Below, piece by piece: positions 1 to 12,428 of a stretch of 64,000 nucleotides of DNA. Where the stretch lies: assembly GCF_002113885.1 (NCBI RefSeq), contig NW_018408919.1:172046-236045 (forward strand). The letters run 5' to 3'. This stretch comes from Mizuhopecten yessoensis. Lineage: Eukaryota. A program made the position numbers and the translations under genes. The notes below the pieces were generated by a model. It did no database searches, was not told where the DNA came from, and saw nothing but the letters and a program-made list of their open reading frames with translations. Numbering within the stretch: position 1 is the first letter of the stretch; the number at the start of each line of letters is the position of its first letter.

Positions 1-280
1 TAATACACATCAAAACAGAAAAAAACATAGCTTGACAGAATGCTAGATATATATCACATAGACCTTATATCGTTTACTGTACAGCACAGTGTTTACATGA
101 AAATCCCAGAACTACATAAATTTGTTAGAGTACAGAAATATAAGAGTGGCAGTAATTCAATAAAGATTGCCTTATTTAACTTTCAGGATTATTATTCATT
201 ATTAAGATAAATCCTCAAATTACGCTTTTCAATAAAACAGAACTGCCTTCTAAATTTTAAACATATAAAAAGAATATTTC

Positions 281-1250
281 TCACATAATTCTTACAACAT
301 GTGAAGCAGCTTTCACTTGCCGAGGAATGCAGCTCCAGCAACGATATAACAAATATTTTGGTTGGTTGATCCGGACGCTACTAACGATTGACCAATGAAT
401 GCGACGTTTATAACACAGTTCGGTTGAAAGGCAAACCTCGATCCATACGTCTTTCAACGTCCGGTAGGGAGGGAGGTTGAACCACAGGTTCATTTCCGTT
501 CCGCAAACGCTGCAGCAAAGAAACGGCTGTAATAGCAATTTTGACGTATTTTTTGGTTTATGGTAGGTATGAAAGGCGGCATCTCCATATTTTAATATTT
601 GTTCTATACATGTGCATGAAACTTAATGCAATTCAGAAGTCGGTAAAGTGGGTATTCTCGCCACAAACTTTTCCTGAAATTTCCTGATGATTTCTCTTTG
701 AGTTGTCAGACGAATGACCCTTGCAGGTTCAAGTGTCATCTGAAAACTCAGAAAGTTCATTGAAACTTGACCAGTTAATGTTCATAATGAGTCGTAGAAC
801 TGTATTGATTTTTATTCAAATTCCATACAGTCGATTTTGACTTGCTGTTGTCTGAACTTGTTTATGTAATACGGAAACTGAGTTTATCCATACTGAATAA
901 GCGCCAGTCATTTTTCAATCTTCACGAAAGTGTTCACAAAGTATTTTGTACCATTTTGTCGTACCCTTTTGTCGCATAATACTCTAAATTTTCATAAAAT
1001 TAATTAATTACTAAAGTTCTGTTGTTAAACAGTCTTAAACACAAAATATGTCTCAATAATCAAAGACGGATCAAAATGTCCTAACCAGCATTTATTTTGA
1101 ATGATGAAATGAAAACGGGCTCTTTGAATGGTTGTCTTTTCATCTGAGAAAATGTCTAATTGTACATAGTTTTGCAAGAGAGGCTTTGATACCAAATGCA
1201 ACTGTATGTTATATCCTGTATAATAAACAGATTCATTGATGGTTGCCAAT
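281..1250 (-). pseudogene. Possible decayed coding sequence (pseudogene or transposon remnant), product unrecognised
   Basis: Minus-strand reading stretches (281-603, 1025-1249, and frames broken by several stops in between) look protein-like, but no family is recognisable. Confidence 0.2.
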
Positions 1251-1899
1251 GGTTATGTTAGAATCTAAAGAGATAACTGTTACATATCAGTAATAAATAA
1301 AGTGTATAAGAGGAAGTTTACCAATTTTCAACTGACAGGGTTGAGATGTTGACAGGATATTCTTACTTAAAACATGCTGAACTTCAGCAATTATACATAT
1401 TTCATTCAAAATAATCAAATCATCTTTTGAAAATTCATCAAAATGACAAATGGATACTTGTCCTTACAAATTCACTGTAGCTGCATGTGTTGGTTAAAGA
1501 AATGATTATTTGCCTGTTCCAGGACTTTCAGTAGACCTTTAAGAGTATGTTTGATTTAAATAATTGTTTTTGCCGCCCAAAAAACAAATTCACTCTTTCT
1601 GAAAGGTCACAGATATGTTTTGACACTCCAAATTTCATTTTATCATCACATATTTGATCAATTAAATTCTATTAATGTCAATTCAGGGTCGACTGAAAGC
1701 TCTTGAGTCACATATAGATTGATAAGAAAAACTCAGATGTAGTCTTAATTGATGTCAGATATATGGTCACTTTAGATCAGTTGTTAAGTTGTAATTTGTA
1801 AACAAATTAATCAGAAATAACCAGGTAATGTTGAAAACCAGGTATTGGTTCAACATTACCAAGTATTTCATAATAAATGTAATTTATGGATTGTTTTAG

Positions 1900-1985
1900 G
1901 TATTTGTCTTTTGCTTCACCACTGTTACAGTCTGGAGGAAGATAGAGAGTGTGGTCCTCCTCTGCAGAACAAATTTACAACCCTG
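1900..1985 (+). CDS. Orphan internal exon (ICLLLHHCYSLEEDRECGPPLQNKFTTL); possible upstream exon of DCUN1D4
   Basis: Acceptor ttgttttag at 1899, strong donor ctg|gtaagt at 1986, open frame ending in phase 0. Confidence 0.4.
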
Positions 1986-2376
1986 GTAAGTATTGTTTTA
2001 CTGATAGTTTTATAGGATTTAGATTAAATAAGGGATATACAGGAATGTCAAATGGTTTTGAACTTATGAGCTCAGGACTGAAGTTACTATAACAGTGACA
2101 AATCCAGAAATGTTATATATATTTTCCTGTTTGGAATGTCCCTATTCCCAAATCCAGTTGTTGCTCTGTATCTACATAAACGTATGTATATCACTTAGAA
2201 ACTGTTCTGTGTCAGCCAATAACTAGTCCTTGCAAAATACTATTTTCTCTCCCACCTCTATTGCATGTAAGATAGATACATGTATCCAGGACTCCCCTGG
2301 CGTGACTCTTATGTAGGATTGGTGCACTCTGTGACCTTAACTATTATGATGTCACCACCTCAGGAACATATAAGAG

Positions 2377-3003
2377 TTGAATTTAAACTATGCCTTTGGT
2401 ATACTGTATTTTTTTATCTTTCCAAATATAACGAGCGTCATGGGAGTAGTCACCCCTCCAATAATAAATGGAATTCAAGAGGACAGGCATGATACAAGAT
2501 CATTGCTGGAAAACCAAAACAACGGTCTTCAGAGTCTTGCTGATGAATTCCAAACTACGATAGATGCAGGAGTACAGTCCTGTAATGGGGCACAACATGA
2601 GTTCCGTAATGAAACACACCCTAAGTTCCGTAATGGAACAAACCCAGAGTTCCGTAATGGAACAAACCCAGAGTTCCGTAATGGAACAAACCCAGAGTTC
2701 CGTAATGGAACAAACCCTGATTTCCGTAATGGGACACACCCCAATCTCCGCAATGGAACACAGTTCTGTAATTGGACACACCCCAAGTTCCGTAATGGAA
2801 CAAACCAAGAGTTCCGTAATGGAACACAGTTCCGTAATGGGACATCTCATGATTTTTGCAAAGGAAACCAATCTTGTGACGAGTCATACAGAAGACCGCC
2901 TCAAATGGACAGGTACCAGGACATTTCTGAAAATGCTCCACAGTATAGACCGGAGGCATACAACAGAGACAACAGAACCAATACTCGGCCGCATTTTAAC
3001 TAA
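2377..3003 (+). CDS. Putative repeat protein with (RNGTNPEF)-type units and many N-glycosylation sequons; true start or exon boundary uncertain (first ATG 2440)
   Basis: 208-codon ORF extending into unique sequence on both sides of a 24/18-bp repeat; AATAAA overlaps the end of the stop at ~3002. Confidence 0.35.
   Translation: MNLNYAFGILYFFIFPNITSVMGVVTPPIINGIQEDRHDTRSLLENQNNGLQSLADEFQTTIDAGVQSCNGAQHEFRNETHPKFRNGTNPEFRNGTNPEFRNGTNPEFRNGTNPDFRNGTHPNLRNGTQFCNWTHPKFRNGTNQEFRNGTQFRNGTSHDFCKGNQSCDESYRRPPQMDRYQDISENAPQYRPEAYNRDNRTNTRPHFN
2580..2850. repeat. 24-bp (and 18-bp) tandem repeat gagttccgtaatggaacaaaccca, about 11 units
   Basis: Directly visible. Confidence 0.9.
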
Positions 3004-3435
3004 TAAAATGCTAAACGCAACTTCTAAAGTAATTTGACAGACTGTTCACATTACATGACTAAATCTGTATGCAAAGATAGTTATCTGAAAAATATAAGAA
3101 AACTAAGCTCACATTATTTTCCGTGACAATATCCAATTCAGGACCATTGTAACAGTTATAGAAAAAGACACTATCAAAACTCTTAACTGTTAAAAAGTGT
3201 ACCTTCTAACTCGAGATGTCTCGCCTGACCCAGTCTCAGACTTGGCTCCAACTGACTCGTTCAAATTATGCATCACCTTTCATAGTGACATTTGCTGCAC
3301 TACAAAATAATAATGCAATGTTCATGCAGGCAACCCAAAAGAGCAATATTTACACGATATAATCCCGGAAATATTACTATAATTTTACAATATATTATAT
3401 AATTTCCATCAATATAATTAGGCTAAATTATAGTA

Positions 3436-3560
3436 CGAACGAACCGGAAGTGACCCGCAGTCAAAGTAAACAACTTTAACGGACATGTTTGCGAGGGGAA
3501 ATGCACAACAGAAATTACCGGCATAACGCTTACAAGTCACTAGGCGCGAAGATATGACTT
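3436..3560 (+). promoter_or_regulatory. Probable DCUN1D4 promoter: ETS/GABP motif ACCGGAAGTG (3443-3452), forkhead-like GTAAACAA, local CpG enrichment
   Basis: Canonical housekeeping-promoter motif about 500 bp upstream of the first coding exon's acceptor. Confidence 0.55.
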
Positions 3561-3740
3561 CTGTCCTAGAATATGGATATTTAAAATGAATACAGATAAG
3601 TTTCTAGAACATACAATAGGTTAATGGAACGGATATCTATTTCCACTTGTCTTAAGTTACACAGTGAATACTTTTAAACACATTGTCTGTAATATGTTTT
3701 ACTAAAATTTTGAAGTGGGAGAATAAAAAAACTTCAATCG

Positions 3741-3868
3741 TTATGTATGTGGGGTGTGGAAATTCTACCCTCGGGTGCAGAATTTGGTGCCAGAACCTTG
3801 ACAAACTGTTCTTACCCAAAATTTATATGCCCAGGGTGGAATTTCCATATCCCAATTACCTACATAAT
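3741..3868. mobile_element. Small palindromic MITE-like element
   Basis: Imperfect inverted arms ttatgtatgt..tggaaattctaccct / agggtggaatttcca..acctacataat. Confidence 0.5.
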
Positions 3869-4020
3869 AGTTGACTCTCGATATATTAAGGATTTCTTAC
3901 CAAAATTCTTGTATATGATGCTGTTATATTTATTATGAAAATGTTTCTTTACAGAGCATAGGTGAAGGACACACTTCACAGGAAGTGCTTGGTGGACAAG
4001 TGCATGAGAATTACTTCAGT

Positions 4021-4094
4021 ATGCCCATAAGGAGAAAACGTTCATCACCTACAATGGAAGATTCTAGAACAAAGAAAGCAAGAGTTGCTAGCTG
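4021..4094 (+). CDS. DCUN1D4: DCUN1D4 coding exon 1 (exon acceptor at 3954)
   Basis: [24 protein letters not shown], basic NLS-like N-terminus; donor gtaagc. Confidence 0.85.
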
Positions 4095-7000
4095 GTAAGC
4101 TTCTGAGTATTCTTATTATTTGAAAATATCCAACATATAGCTGTAACAATATTTTTATAAAATACTATAATGATGTATGAGGACACCCTGTCTAATCCAT
4201 CCAATATGTTTATGGTTCTGTTAGATTTGATATGAAAAAAAATATCAATTTAAAAAACGATTTTACCTCTCTGTTACAACTCATAAATGTATTTTAAAAT
4301 GTATTCATAATTTGCTATTTCAGTACAGACTATAGATATAATGGATTTGGTACAAGCAACGTGTTTCGTTTTACATTGAAAACTGCAAAATACACAACTG
4401 GTTAAAAAACAAAAGCATGGTGTTCTTTCAGCAACAGAACGATGTTTTGTTTTAAGTTAAGCCATCTAGATATCTTGATATTTTGTTATGTTTACATCAT
4501 ATTCCATAATCATGTATTATAATATTCATCTTTAATTCACTCATGAATACATAATTCTTTAAAACAAATAAAAAAAATCACAGTACTCGGTAAAGAGTAC
4601 ATGTCACTACATGCTATTTATTATTGTGCCTTATTCAGAAACAAAGTTATTTGTAGTATTCAAACTTGGGTTTATGTTGTTTTGCATCCATTAAGCTAAT
4701 TTGCTTATGTCAGAGACAAAAATTGACTTACATTTTTTTTGAGATGGAGACAAAATTAGGGAGGGGGCTTAATTGCAGGCACCCACCCTGTTCCCAGGAC
4801 ATTTACCAAAGTGGCGAGGGGGCTTATTTGCGAGAGGGGGTTTATTGGCGGTAATATATGGTAGTAATTTATCATTCATCAAAGTAATGAAGTGCCATCC
4901 AGGTATGTTAGCTTGATCATTCCCTTTAAGTACAGTTGTAATGTTATCCTTGTCTGGACACGTAGCATGTAACTAACAAATTATGGCTAATAGTTTATTT
5001 GTAATTTAACGTAATTAAAGATATAGGATATTGAGTCAACACCACAAGAACCATTGTGATATTCACTTCTCATTTACATGTTTCCACCTGCTTTGCGGCC
5101 ATCATCGGGACCAATTTAATTTAATTGTAACAAGAAATGCTTGGCACTGGTTTCTTGAACAATTCAGATGTTCTCTATCTGATTATTATCACGTAATGAA
5201 TACACAATTTTGTTTAATTATGCTAATACTGTTTATTCATCACTGATACAATGATTTATTGTTTGACCTTGTTTTGCAGGGCAAGAAAAGATGGAAGGTC
5301 ATGTGATACAGATAGTGCTTTCAGTTCTAAACGATGTGTTGCCTGGTTCCATGAATACACAGGTAATTTTGGGCATCATCTTAATCAAAATATTTTGTCT
5401 TATCTGTCTCAAATCTCTTCATTTTAATATATTTAATGAGTGCTCTGATTAGTTGATGTTACTCTGGTATTCCTGAGTCGTATGTGTCAATTAACCAATC
5501 AGGCAGTGAATAAATAATAATATCCAGGGGTTTTGCAAATGCTCATTTACGCTCTCTGCACCCCTGAAACATGCCATGGACACACAGCTAGCTATTTGAT
5601 TGGTCTCAGTTAAAAAAAAACAAATGCTAGGCTGATACCCATCCTTTGAAGATTACAGAGGAGATAAAGTCAACTTAAAAGCCAGTCACTTTTACTTTTA
5701 CGCTTCCAAGGGATCCTTCTGATGTACATCAAAGGATAAAACTAGTCATCTTGTATCATCTTCAAAGTGTCACACAGTGAGCCTTTGATTTTGTTATGAA
5801 CATATAGTCAAGGGTGTAGAGAGCATATCTATAAGCGAGCGTGATATTTAACAACAGCATTCAGAAATATTCGTATCAAGGAAGAACGCAACCGATATTG
5901 ATTGACGACACTTTAATTGATTCATGCTACAAGTGTGAAAGGCATTTCTACACAGAATCAGGATTTTTTAAGGATTTTGACATGGATTTGTTGGCATAAC
6001 CTAACACTTTCATAATTTGTTGCATTATGATTCAAAATCAGTAAACTAGTGTCTATCTAAATTTGGAACTTAGTGGTACAGACAATGATTATTGATGCAG
6101 AACTAGAATGAGGAAGAATTTGATCACACTTTATTAAACATATAATTTGAAATCGATATATACTCTTAAGTTTAAAATTCTACATTTATTGAGTTGATTG
6201 ACTTTCAGAAAACTTGAAAGCCTGTTTGTACATTTTCCAGAAGTTCTTTCATTTTTAATGTTAGTTTGTCTTATGTTGTATAGGAAAAGAATGATAGTTG
6301 TAAGTCTTTCCTGTGTTGAAGGTGCTGATGAAGATGTACTAGGACCAGAAGGAATGGAGAAATTCTGTGAAGATATAGGTGTAGAACCAGAAAATGTAAG
6401 CTGTGCAAATTTTGACATTATCTAATATTGAGGAAAACAAGAAAAACTGGAAAGTCAGTTGCTGTTTTATACAGGAAAAATATTCTCAGAGATTAATAGA
6501 TTGAAACTCGGCACTATGTTTAGGTCACCTGAGACAAAGTCTCAAGTGACCTATTGCGATCGCCTGTTGTCTGGCGTCCGTAAACAATTTACATTTACGA
6601 CTTCTTCTCCAAAACCCCTAACCCAATTTCAATGAAATTTTGCAGAAACCTGCCATGGCCAAGGGTCAACTAAAATTGTGAATTTCTTGACCCTGGGGTC
6701 TCACGTTTCCCCTTGGGGAGGGAGTAAACTTTACTATAGTTTATATAGGGAAATCACATTTTGGACCAACATTTGTTTAATTACCATTGGAAGAAATTCA
6801 ATTTAGGTTAGCATTATCAGTATTGGGTAGCAGTTTGATAGTATGCACATATGAGCCCTGACTGACCCCCCGGGGCTGATGGGTGGGGCCAAAAAGGGTC
6901 AAATTGACTGAAATTGACTGAAATCTTCTTCTCAAGACCCAGATATGGTAGAATCAAATACTCTTCATAGATGGAAGGGTCTTAAGGTGCTTTACTAAAA

Positions 7001-10000
7001 TTGTGAATTTCTTGACCCTGGGGTCTCACGTTTCCCCCTGGGGAGGGAGTAAACTTTACTATAGTTTATATAGGGAAATCACATTTTGGACCAACATTTG
7101 TTTAATTGCCATTGGAAGAAATTCAATTTAGGTTAGCATTATCAGTATTGGGTAGCAGTTTGATAGTATGCACATATGAGCCCTGACTGTCCCCCCGGGG
7201 CTGATAGGTGGAGCCAAAAAGGGTCGAATTGACTGAAATTTCAAAAATCTTCTTCTCAAGATGGAAGGGGTTTTAGGTGCTCTACCAAAATTGTGAATTT
7301 TATGACCCTAGGGTCTCACGTTTACCCCTGGGGAAGGAGGGGGGGGGGGGGGGGCAAAATTTGTTATGGTTTATAATGGCAAATGATACTAGTTTGAATA
7401 TTACATATTGATAACTTGATTGGAATTATAACCCTAAGTTGACAGTTTGATACTTTGAAAATTTTGAGCCAGCCCTACCCCCAAGGGATGTAGGGTGGGA
7501 CCCAATGAAGTCTGTGTGCTAAAATAAAATTTCTTCATTTTCCTTGTTTAGAATCAGAGGTGCTAGTTTCAAATACTTTTCAGTCTTAAATCTGCATGCT
7601 AGATATTGAATAAGGTGGTTTTATTGTTTTTGTCACTTTGAATAATATTTTTGTTCGTGTTAAAAACAAAATCAACTCTCTGTATAAATATATCAGGTGA
7701 CCGTTAAGGCCCATGGGCCTCTTGTTTAGCTCTTGTTAATCGTATATTGTCAGAGGCTTGTAAAAATTGAAACTCACTTGTTTCAAAAATCTCATAAGAT
7801 AAAGAAACTCATGTAAGTTGTTTTTCTATCTATGTCAGGATATATAAAGTTTAGAAATGTAGATATAATGTGTTTTGAAATTTTCTTATTTTCACTTGTT
7901 TCTTTCTGACAGATTGTGATGTTATCACTAGCCTGGAAACTGGGTGCCAAAAACATGGGATTTTTCACAAAAGCAGAATGGTTGAAAGGAATGACAGAAT
8001 TACAGTAAGCTTTTTAAGTTTGTTCAGATACTGGTATATAATGATGATGTGGGAACAAGAAGGCTAAGATGTCAGTATTTGTTTATGTCGTGAGATATAG
8101 AGCACATGTACATTTTCAACTGAATTATCAAGATATTAAATGGTTTTGAGGAATTTTAACATAAGTAATTTTTTTAATTAAGATGTCTGTAATACCCTAT
8201 TTTTAACAATGAAAGTGTTTTTCACTTTTATTTCAAGACTTTATTCTTTTGGTGTTTGCTTATGATTCATGTGTACAGTCAAATTTTATTTAAAAGTGAA
8301 AAGTATGTATTTTTGTAAAGGGAAGTGGGCAGCAGTTGAATCAAGGGAGGAAACCCTGTTTGCCAGTTTATTCGTAGTTGCTGTTGTTTTGTAATTACAG
8401 ATGTGACTGCCAGAGTAAACTACAGATGCAATTAGATTATTTACGATCAGTTTTGGATGATCAAACACAGTTTAAAGGAATTTACAGATATGCATTTGAT
8501 TTTGCTAGAGTAAGTATGAAGTGCAGTAAAACCTGTCATTCAGCACCACTCCTACAATGGTCATTACCTACATAGACCATCATCTATAAAGAACCATTTG
8601 TCTGTGGATATTTTCCTTATTATTTTCTCAACATGAAAAACACACATTTTCACACTGCGTAATTTTCCACTTTCATAGCATATGTTAGAGAGGAGAGATA
8701 GTTTTGATAACAATTTCAGTAGCAATCGGGAATACGGGTTACACTTTTTGAGGTAATAGAGAATGAAAAGGGTTAAAACTTTATTAAGGAGCGAGTATAA
8801 GGTGAACTTTGAAAAGCAAGAAAAAAATGAAGTTACATGGGGTCAATTTTAGGGAGATCTACTCCTTATGGTGATGTATTTATTTGAATTATGTCATTTC
8901 CTTGTTTCCGCTGATCAGGACAAAGACCAGAGAAGTATGGACATAGACACAGCTAAGGCCATGTTAGCCCTGGTGTTGGGGAAACACTGGTCACTGTTTG
9001 GCTCCTTCCATCAGTTTTTAGAGGTAAGTAAACACTGAAGGTCTCTGTTCCATTCCCTACACCGTCCTAGTGATTTTATCTTCAAACAAAAAATCATTAA
9101 TCAAAGTTATTATCATTTTTCAAGTAAAATTTTTATATTTAAAACAATGTATTATGTACTTAAAAATCTGAATTATTTTTTTACTTTTACTTGGTTGTTT
9201 TCTTTACAGCAATCTAAATACAAAGTGATAAATAAAGACCAATGGTGTAATATACTGGAGTTCAGTAGAACCATTCTTCCTGATCTGTCAAACTACGACG
9301 AGGACGGAGCATGTGAGTAGTACATTTTAACTATTTTAGTGATATACTGAGTTGGAGAAATGTTCTCCCAGATCTGTCTAACTATAATGTTATGATGTCA
9401 TGTTTATTGGTTTTTTCTGACATTGAAAAGGATTTTATTATACGAGAAATACACAAAATATGTTACATAAAAACAATTATATCAAGGTAGCAGTGTACAG
9501 TAGCGTACGGTGGCCTTGGGTGATATTTTTGTACAATGAATAACCCCTGTAATATTACATGTATCAAAAGTAAAAAAAAAAAACAGCTCTAAAATTGGCA
9601 TATACATGATGAATTGGACTATGTGGGCTTCACATTAAAAAAAAAATCGAATTTGGCTTGAGACTACATTTTTGGCCATTTACAAATCTGTGTCTACACA
9701 ACAAAAGCTAGCTTTTCATGTAGTCTATTTTTGTACTCTGCGCATGTGTAAATATTGTGTAAAATCCAGTTGAACGACCTATGCTAAAACGTGAGTATTT
9801 CTGTTTGAGTAGATGATATTTAATTTAAGACAGGTTTTAAGAAAAAAAAATACTGCTTGCGTGGGTCAAATTTTGGGTTAAAAATTATCTTTTTTTTTGC
9901 ATTTTTTGGCGTTTTTTGATGTGGTAACCGTGGTTTTCACAAGTCCCAAATCTGGGGAAATCACTTGTTGAAAAAGAAATCATTCTTCTAAAAAAACCGT

Positions 10001-10654
10001 ATTCGAAATGTAGTTTATAAATACATATATATATATATTAAAAATCAGAAAAATTATCTTTATGGAGGAATAAATAATATATAAAGAAAAACTCTTAACA
10101 ACAAGTCTTTAGTACTTTCATCTCTTCTAGGAGATTCTTCAGACTGTTTATTTGAAGTATTATATATATATATGTACATGTAGGTGTGTTGTGCAGGATG
10201 AATCCGCTATCCATGTTTATCCGAGACATGCCCTTTTTTTAGGGTCAAGCCATTTCTACTGTACTCACCTACCCAAGTAGCACAGTTTTCATATTATAAT
10301 TGATATAAAACATTTTAATAGTTTGGTTGCTTTACAAATATACTGAGTTCAATAGAATTGTTCTTCCAGATCTATCTTAACTATAATGTCTCAATGTCAT
10401 CACGTCATGTTTATTGCCTTATTCTGACATTGAAAAGGAATTTATTATACGAGAAATGCACAAAATATTTTACAAAAAAATATTAATATCAAGTAGCACA
10501 GTTGTTATACAATAAATATAAAACACGTGCTAAACCTGGCTTTTCATCATCACTCTATCTTGTATAATAAAAGCTATTTTCCTGTCCCACAGGGCCAGTG
10601 TTACTTGATGAGTTTGTGGAATGGTACAAGGAACATAGAAGTATGAACAGCTGA
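4021..10654 (+). CDS. DCUN1D4: DCN1-like protein 4/5 (cullin neddylation co-E3, PONY domain), 233 aa; exons 4021-4094, 5280-5362, 6322-6395, 7913-8004, 8401-8509, 8919-9023, 9210-9312, 10593-10654
   Basis: Spliced translation [92 protein letters not shown] matches DCUN1D4/5; all introns GT-AG and phases consistent. Confidence 0.95.
5280..5362 (+). CDS. DCUN1D4: DCUN1D4 coding exon 2
   Basis: [27 protein letters not shown]. Confidence 0.92.
6322..6395 (+). CDS. DCUN1D4: DCUN1D4 coding exon 3
   Basis: [24 protein letters not shown]. Confidence 0.95.
6520..7727 (+). mobile_element. Non-autonomous Helentron derivative (HINE / pearl-like) in a DCUN1D4 intron
   Basis: 5' subTIR AGGTCACCTGA with adjacent inverted TCAAGTGACCT, ~325-bp internal tandem repeats, 3' subTIR TCAGGTGACC plus palindrome aggcccatgggcct, T-rich insertion site. 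Confidence 0.85.
7913..8004 (+). CDS. DCUN1D4: DCUN1D4 coding exon 4
   Basis: [30 protein letters not shown]. Confidence 0.95.
8401..8509 (+). CDS. DCUN1D4: DCUN1D4 coding exon 5
   Basis: [36 protein letters not shown]. Confidence 0.95.
8919..9023 (+). CDS. DCUN1D4: DCUN1D4 coding exon 6
   Basis: [35 protein letters not shown]. Confidence 0.95.
9210..9312 (+). CDS. DCUN1D4: DCUN1D4 coding exon 7
   Basis: [34 protein letters not shown]. Confidence 0.95.
10593..10654 (+). CDS. DCUN1D4: DCUN1D4 last coding exon
   Basis: [20 protein letters not shown]-stop. Confidence 0.95.
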
Positions 10655-12058
10655 TTCATTAACCAATAGAATTCAAGTATCTTCCATGAAGTGTGTTGTG
10701 ATTGGCCGCTTGACAAGGATGTTTCTATTATGCAAATGAAGTGAGAAGAGGAGAGATGTGGGGAACTAAAGGAAGTGAATTCTGTGCGTGCTGCCTTTCA
10801 AGCAAGCTTGACATTGAGTGACTGGCCGAGAGCTTGGAGGACTGTGTGATAGTTACCTTATGTCATACATGCATGTTACCCATCACTTTTCATGTTCCTG
10901 TGTTTGTTATAGTTACGCCAGCATTGATAACAATACCAATAAAATCAATCCACACTGCAAATGACAGACGTTTCCGGGAGTGTTCCGGTGTATACAAAGT
11001 CTTGTGGTAGCCCCGCCCCATAAATGTTGTCGGGCTCTGATAAATGTTTTCATGTTTTGGTGAATGTTTTTTGGGCTATTATGAATCTTACCGGGCTGTG
11101 ATTCGATATCAATATTTTAACTTGCTTAGAAGGAAATTTAGAAGTTAAACAATCGGTGAGAGAAAAGTTCTAATTTCAAACAGACATTTTCGTGTAATTT
11201 AACCGATTTTTTTATGTGGAAAGTTGCTACCAGTAGGAAGGGGGCAGAGTATTCAAATATTGTGTGATGCAGATACTGTTTAAGAAATCAATAGCAATAA
11301 TGTGTTTCTCCGAATTCGTACACCAGCATTTAATTTTGTATGTCTACTAAAATATTTTTGCTCCGATTTGATTATTTTTACTGGGAAAAGGAAGAATATC
11401 GCAAACCTGGCAATAATTGTTCTGATTCATACCATTGATTTTCCACTGTGTAGCACTACTAGAAAATGTAGGTGACTTGCAGTCCACCCAGTGTCACACT
11501 GTTTACTGTTGATCCTTCCTGGGAAGTGCCATATTCCCAATATTAGATCTGTCTCGTTCACTGTTTAGTACCTTTGCTTACTCATTCAAAAAGCTTTTAT
11601 TAGAGAGAAAATCTGAATTGAAATACATTTTTGAAATTACAACCGAGTTAAAATGATTTGCTTGTGTTAAATATAAAATTCAAAATTCATTTTTTTAAGG
11701 CTATTGTACTGATGTAGGTAGATTGTGTGTGACGTGGTTGTTTCAAGGAAAATAATCAAATAATTGCTTTTAATTGATATTGATATATGTCTACAAAATT
11801 CTTCACCCCAGGGTTTGTAAACTGTAAGACACAATATCAACAGATTCCTTGGTTGAGATTTGTTTCAAAATGTCAAGCCTCAACTGAGAAATATTGGAAT
11901 TGATGGGAGAAAATAAGAAGGGTCAAATTATACAAATCAATGTGTGAGAGATATAAGCATGTGTGTGTACATCCTTTTGTTATTGGCCAAGTTATGTCTA
12001 TACAATATACTTAATTGTAGATTATTTGTTTGTATACAGAAGACAGTGCTTTTACTTC

Positions 12059-12428
12059 AGGGCAATCCCAAATATGAATATAAGGGAGTGGAGGTGGAGA
12101 GGTACTTATAATAATCGGGGACATTCAATTCCACTAGCCAGACACTGGGGAAGTGGATTTTTAAAATGTTGGTGCTGGTGAACATTTTCAATATTTACTT
12201 TGAAATTATAGGTTGGGCCAGCAGAACTTTTAAAATTCAACATGCAGGCTAGTATTCTAAAAATGAAATTATGCACCCCTTATAATCATTAATATCTATG
12301 TGGTTTGGTTTTTGAATTAATAATTATTAACATTTGTACGGTAGGCCCTAGAGAAAAGTAATTGGGGTTGTGGGGCTCTAAAATGGTGATTCCTGCCTTC
12401 TCCCCCCATATATTCTTTGGAATAGCCC
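12059..12428. mobile_element. Degraded MITE with GGGCWAT-type terminal inverted repeats
   Basis: Left gggcaatcccaaatatgaatataaggg versus right cccccatatattctttggaatagccc. Confidence 0.4.

Noticed and set aside
2500-3037. Alternative-frame ORFs over the 24-bp repeat
   Set aside because: By-products of a stop-poor repeat; they extend less far into unique sequence than 2377-3003.
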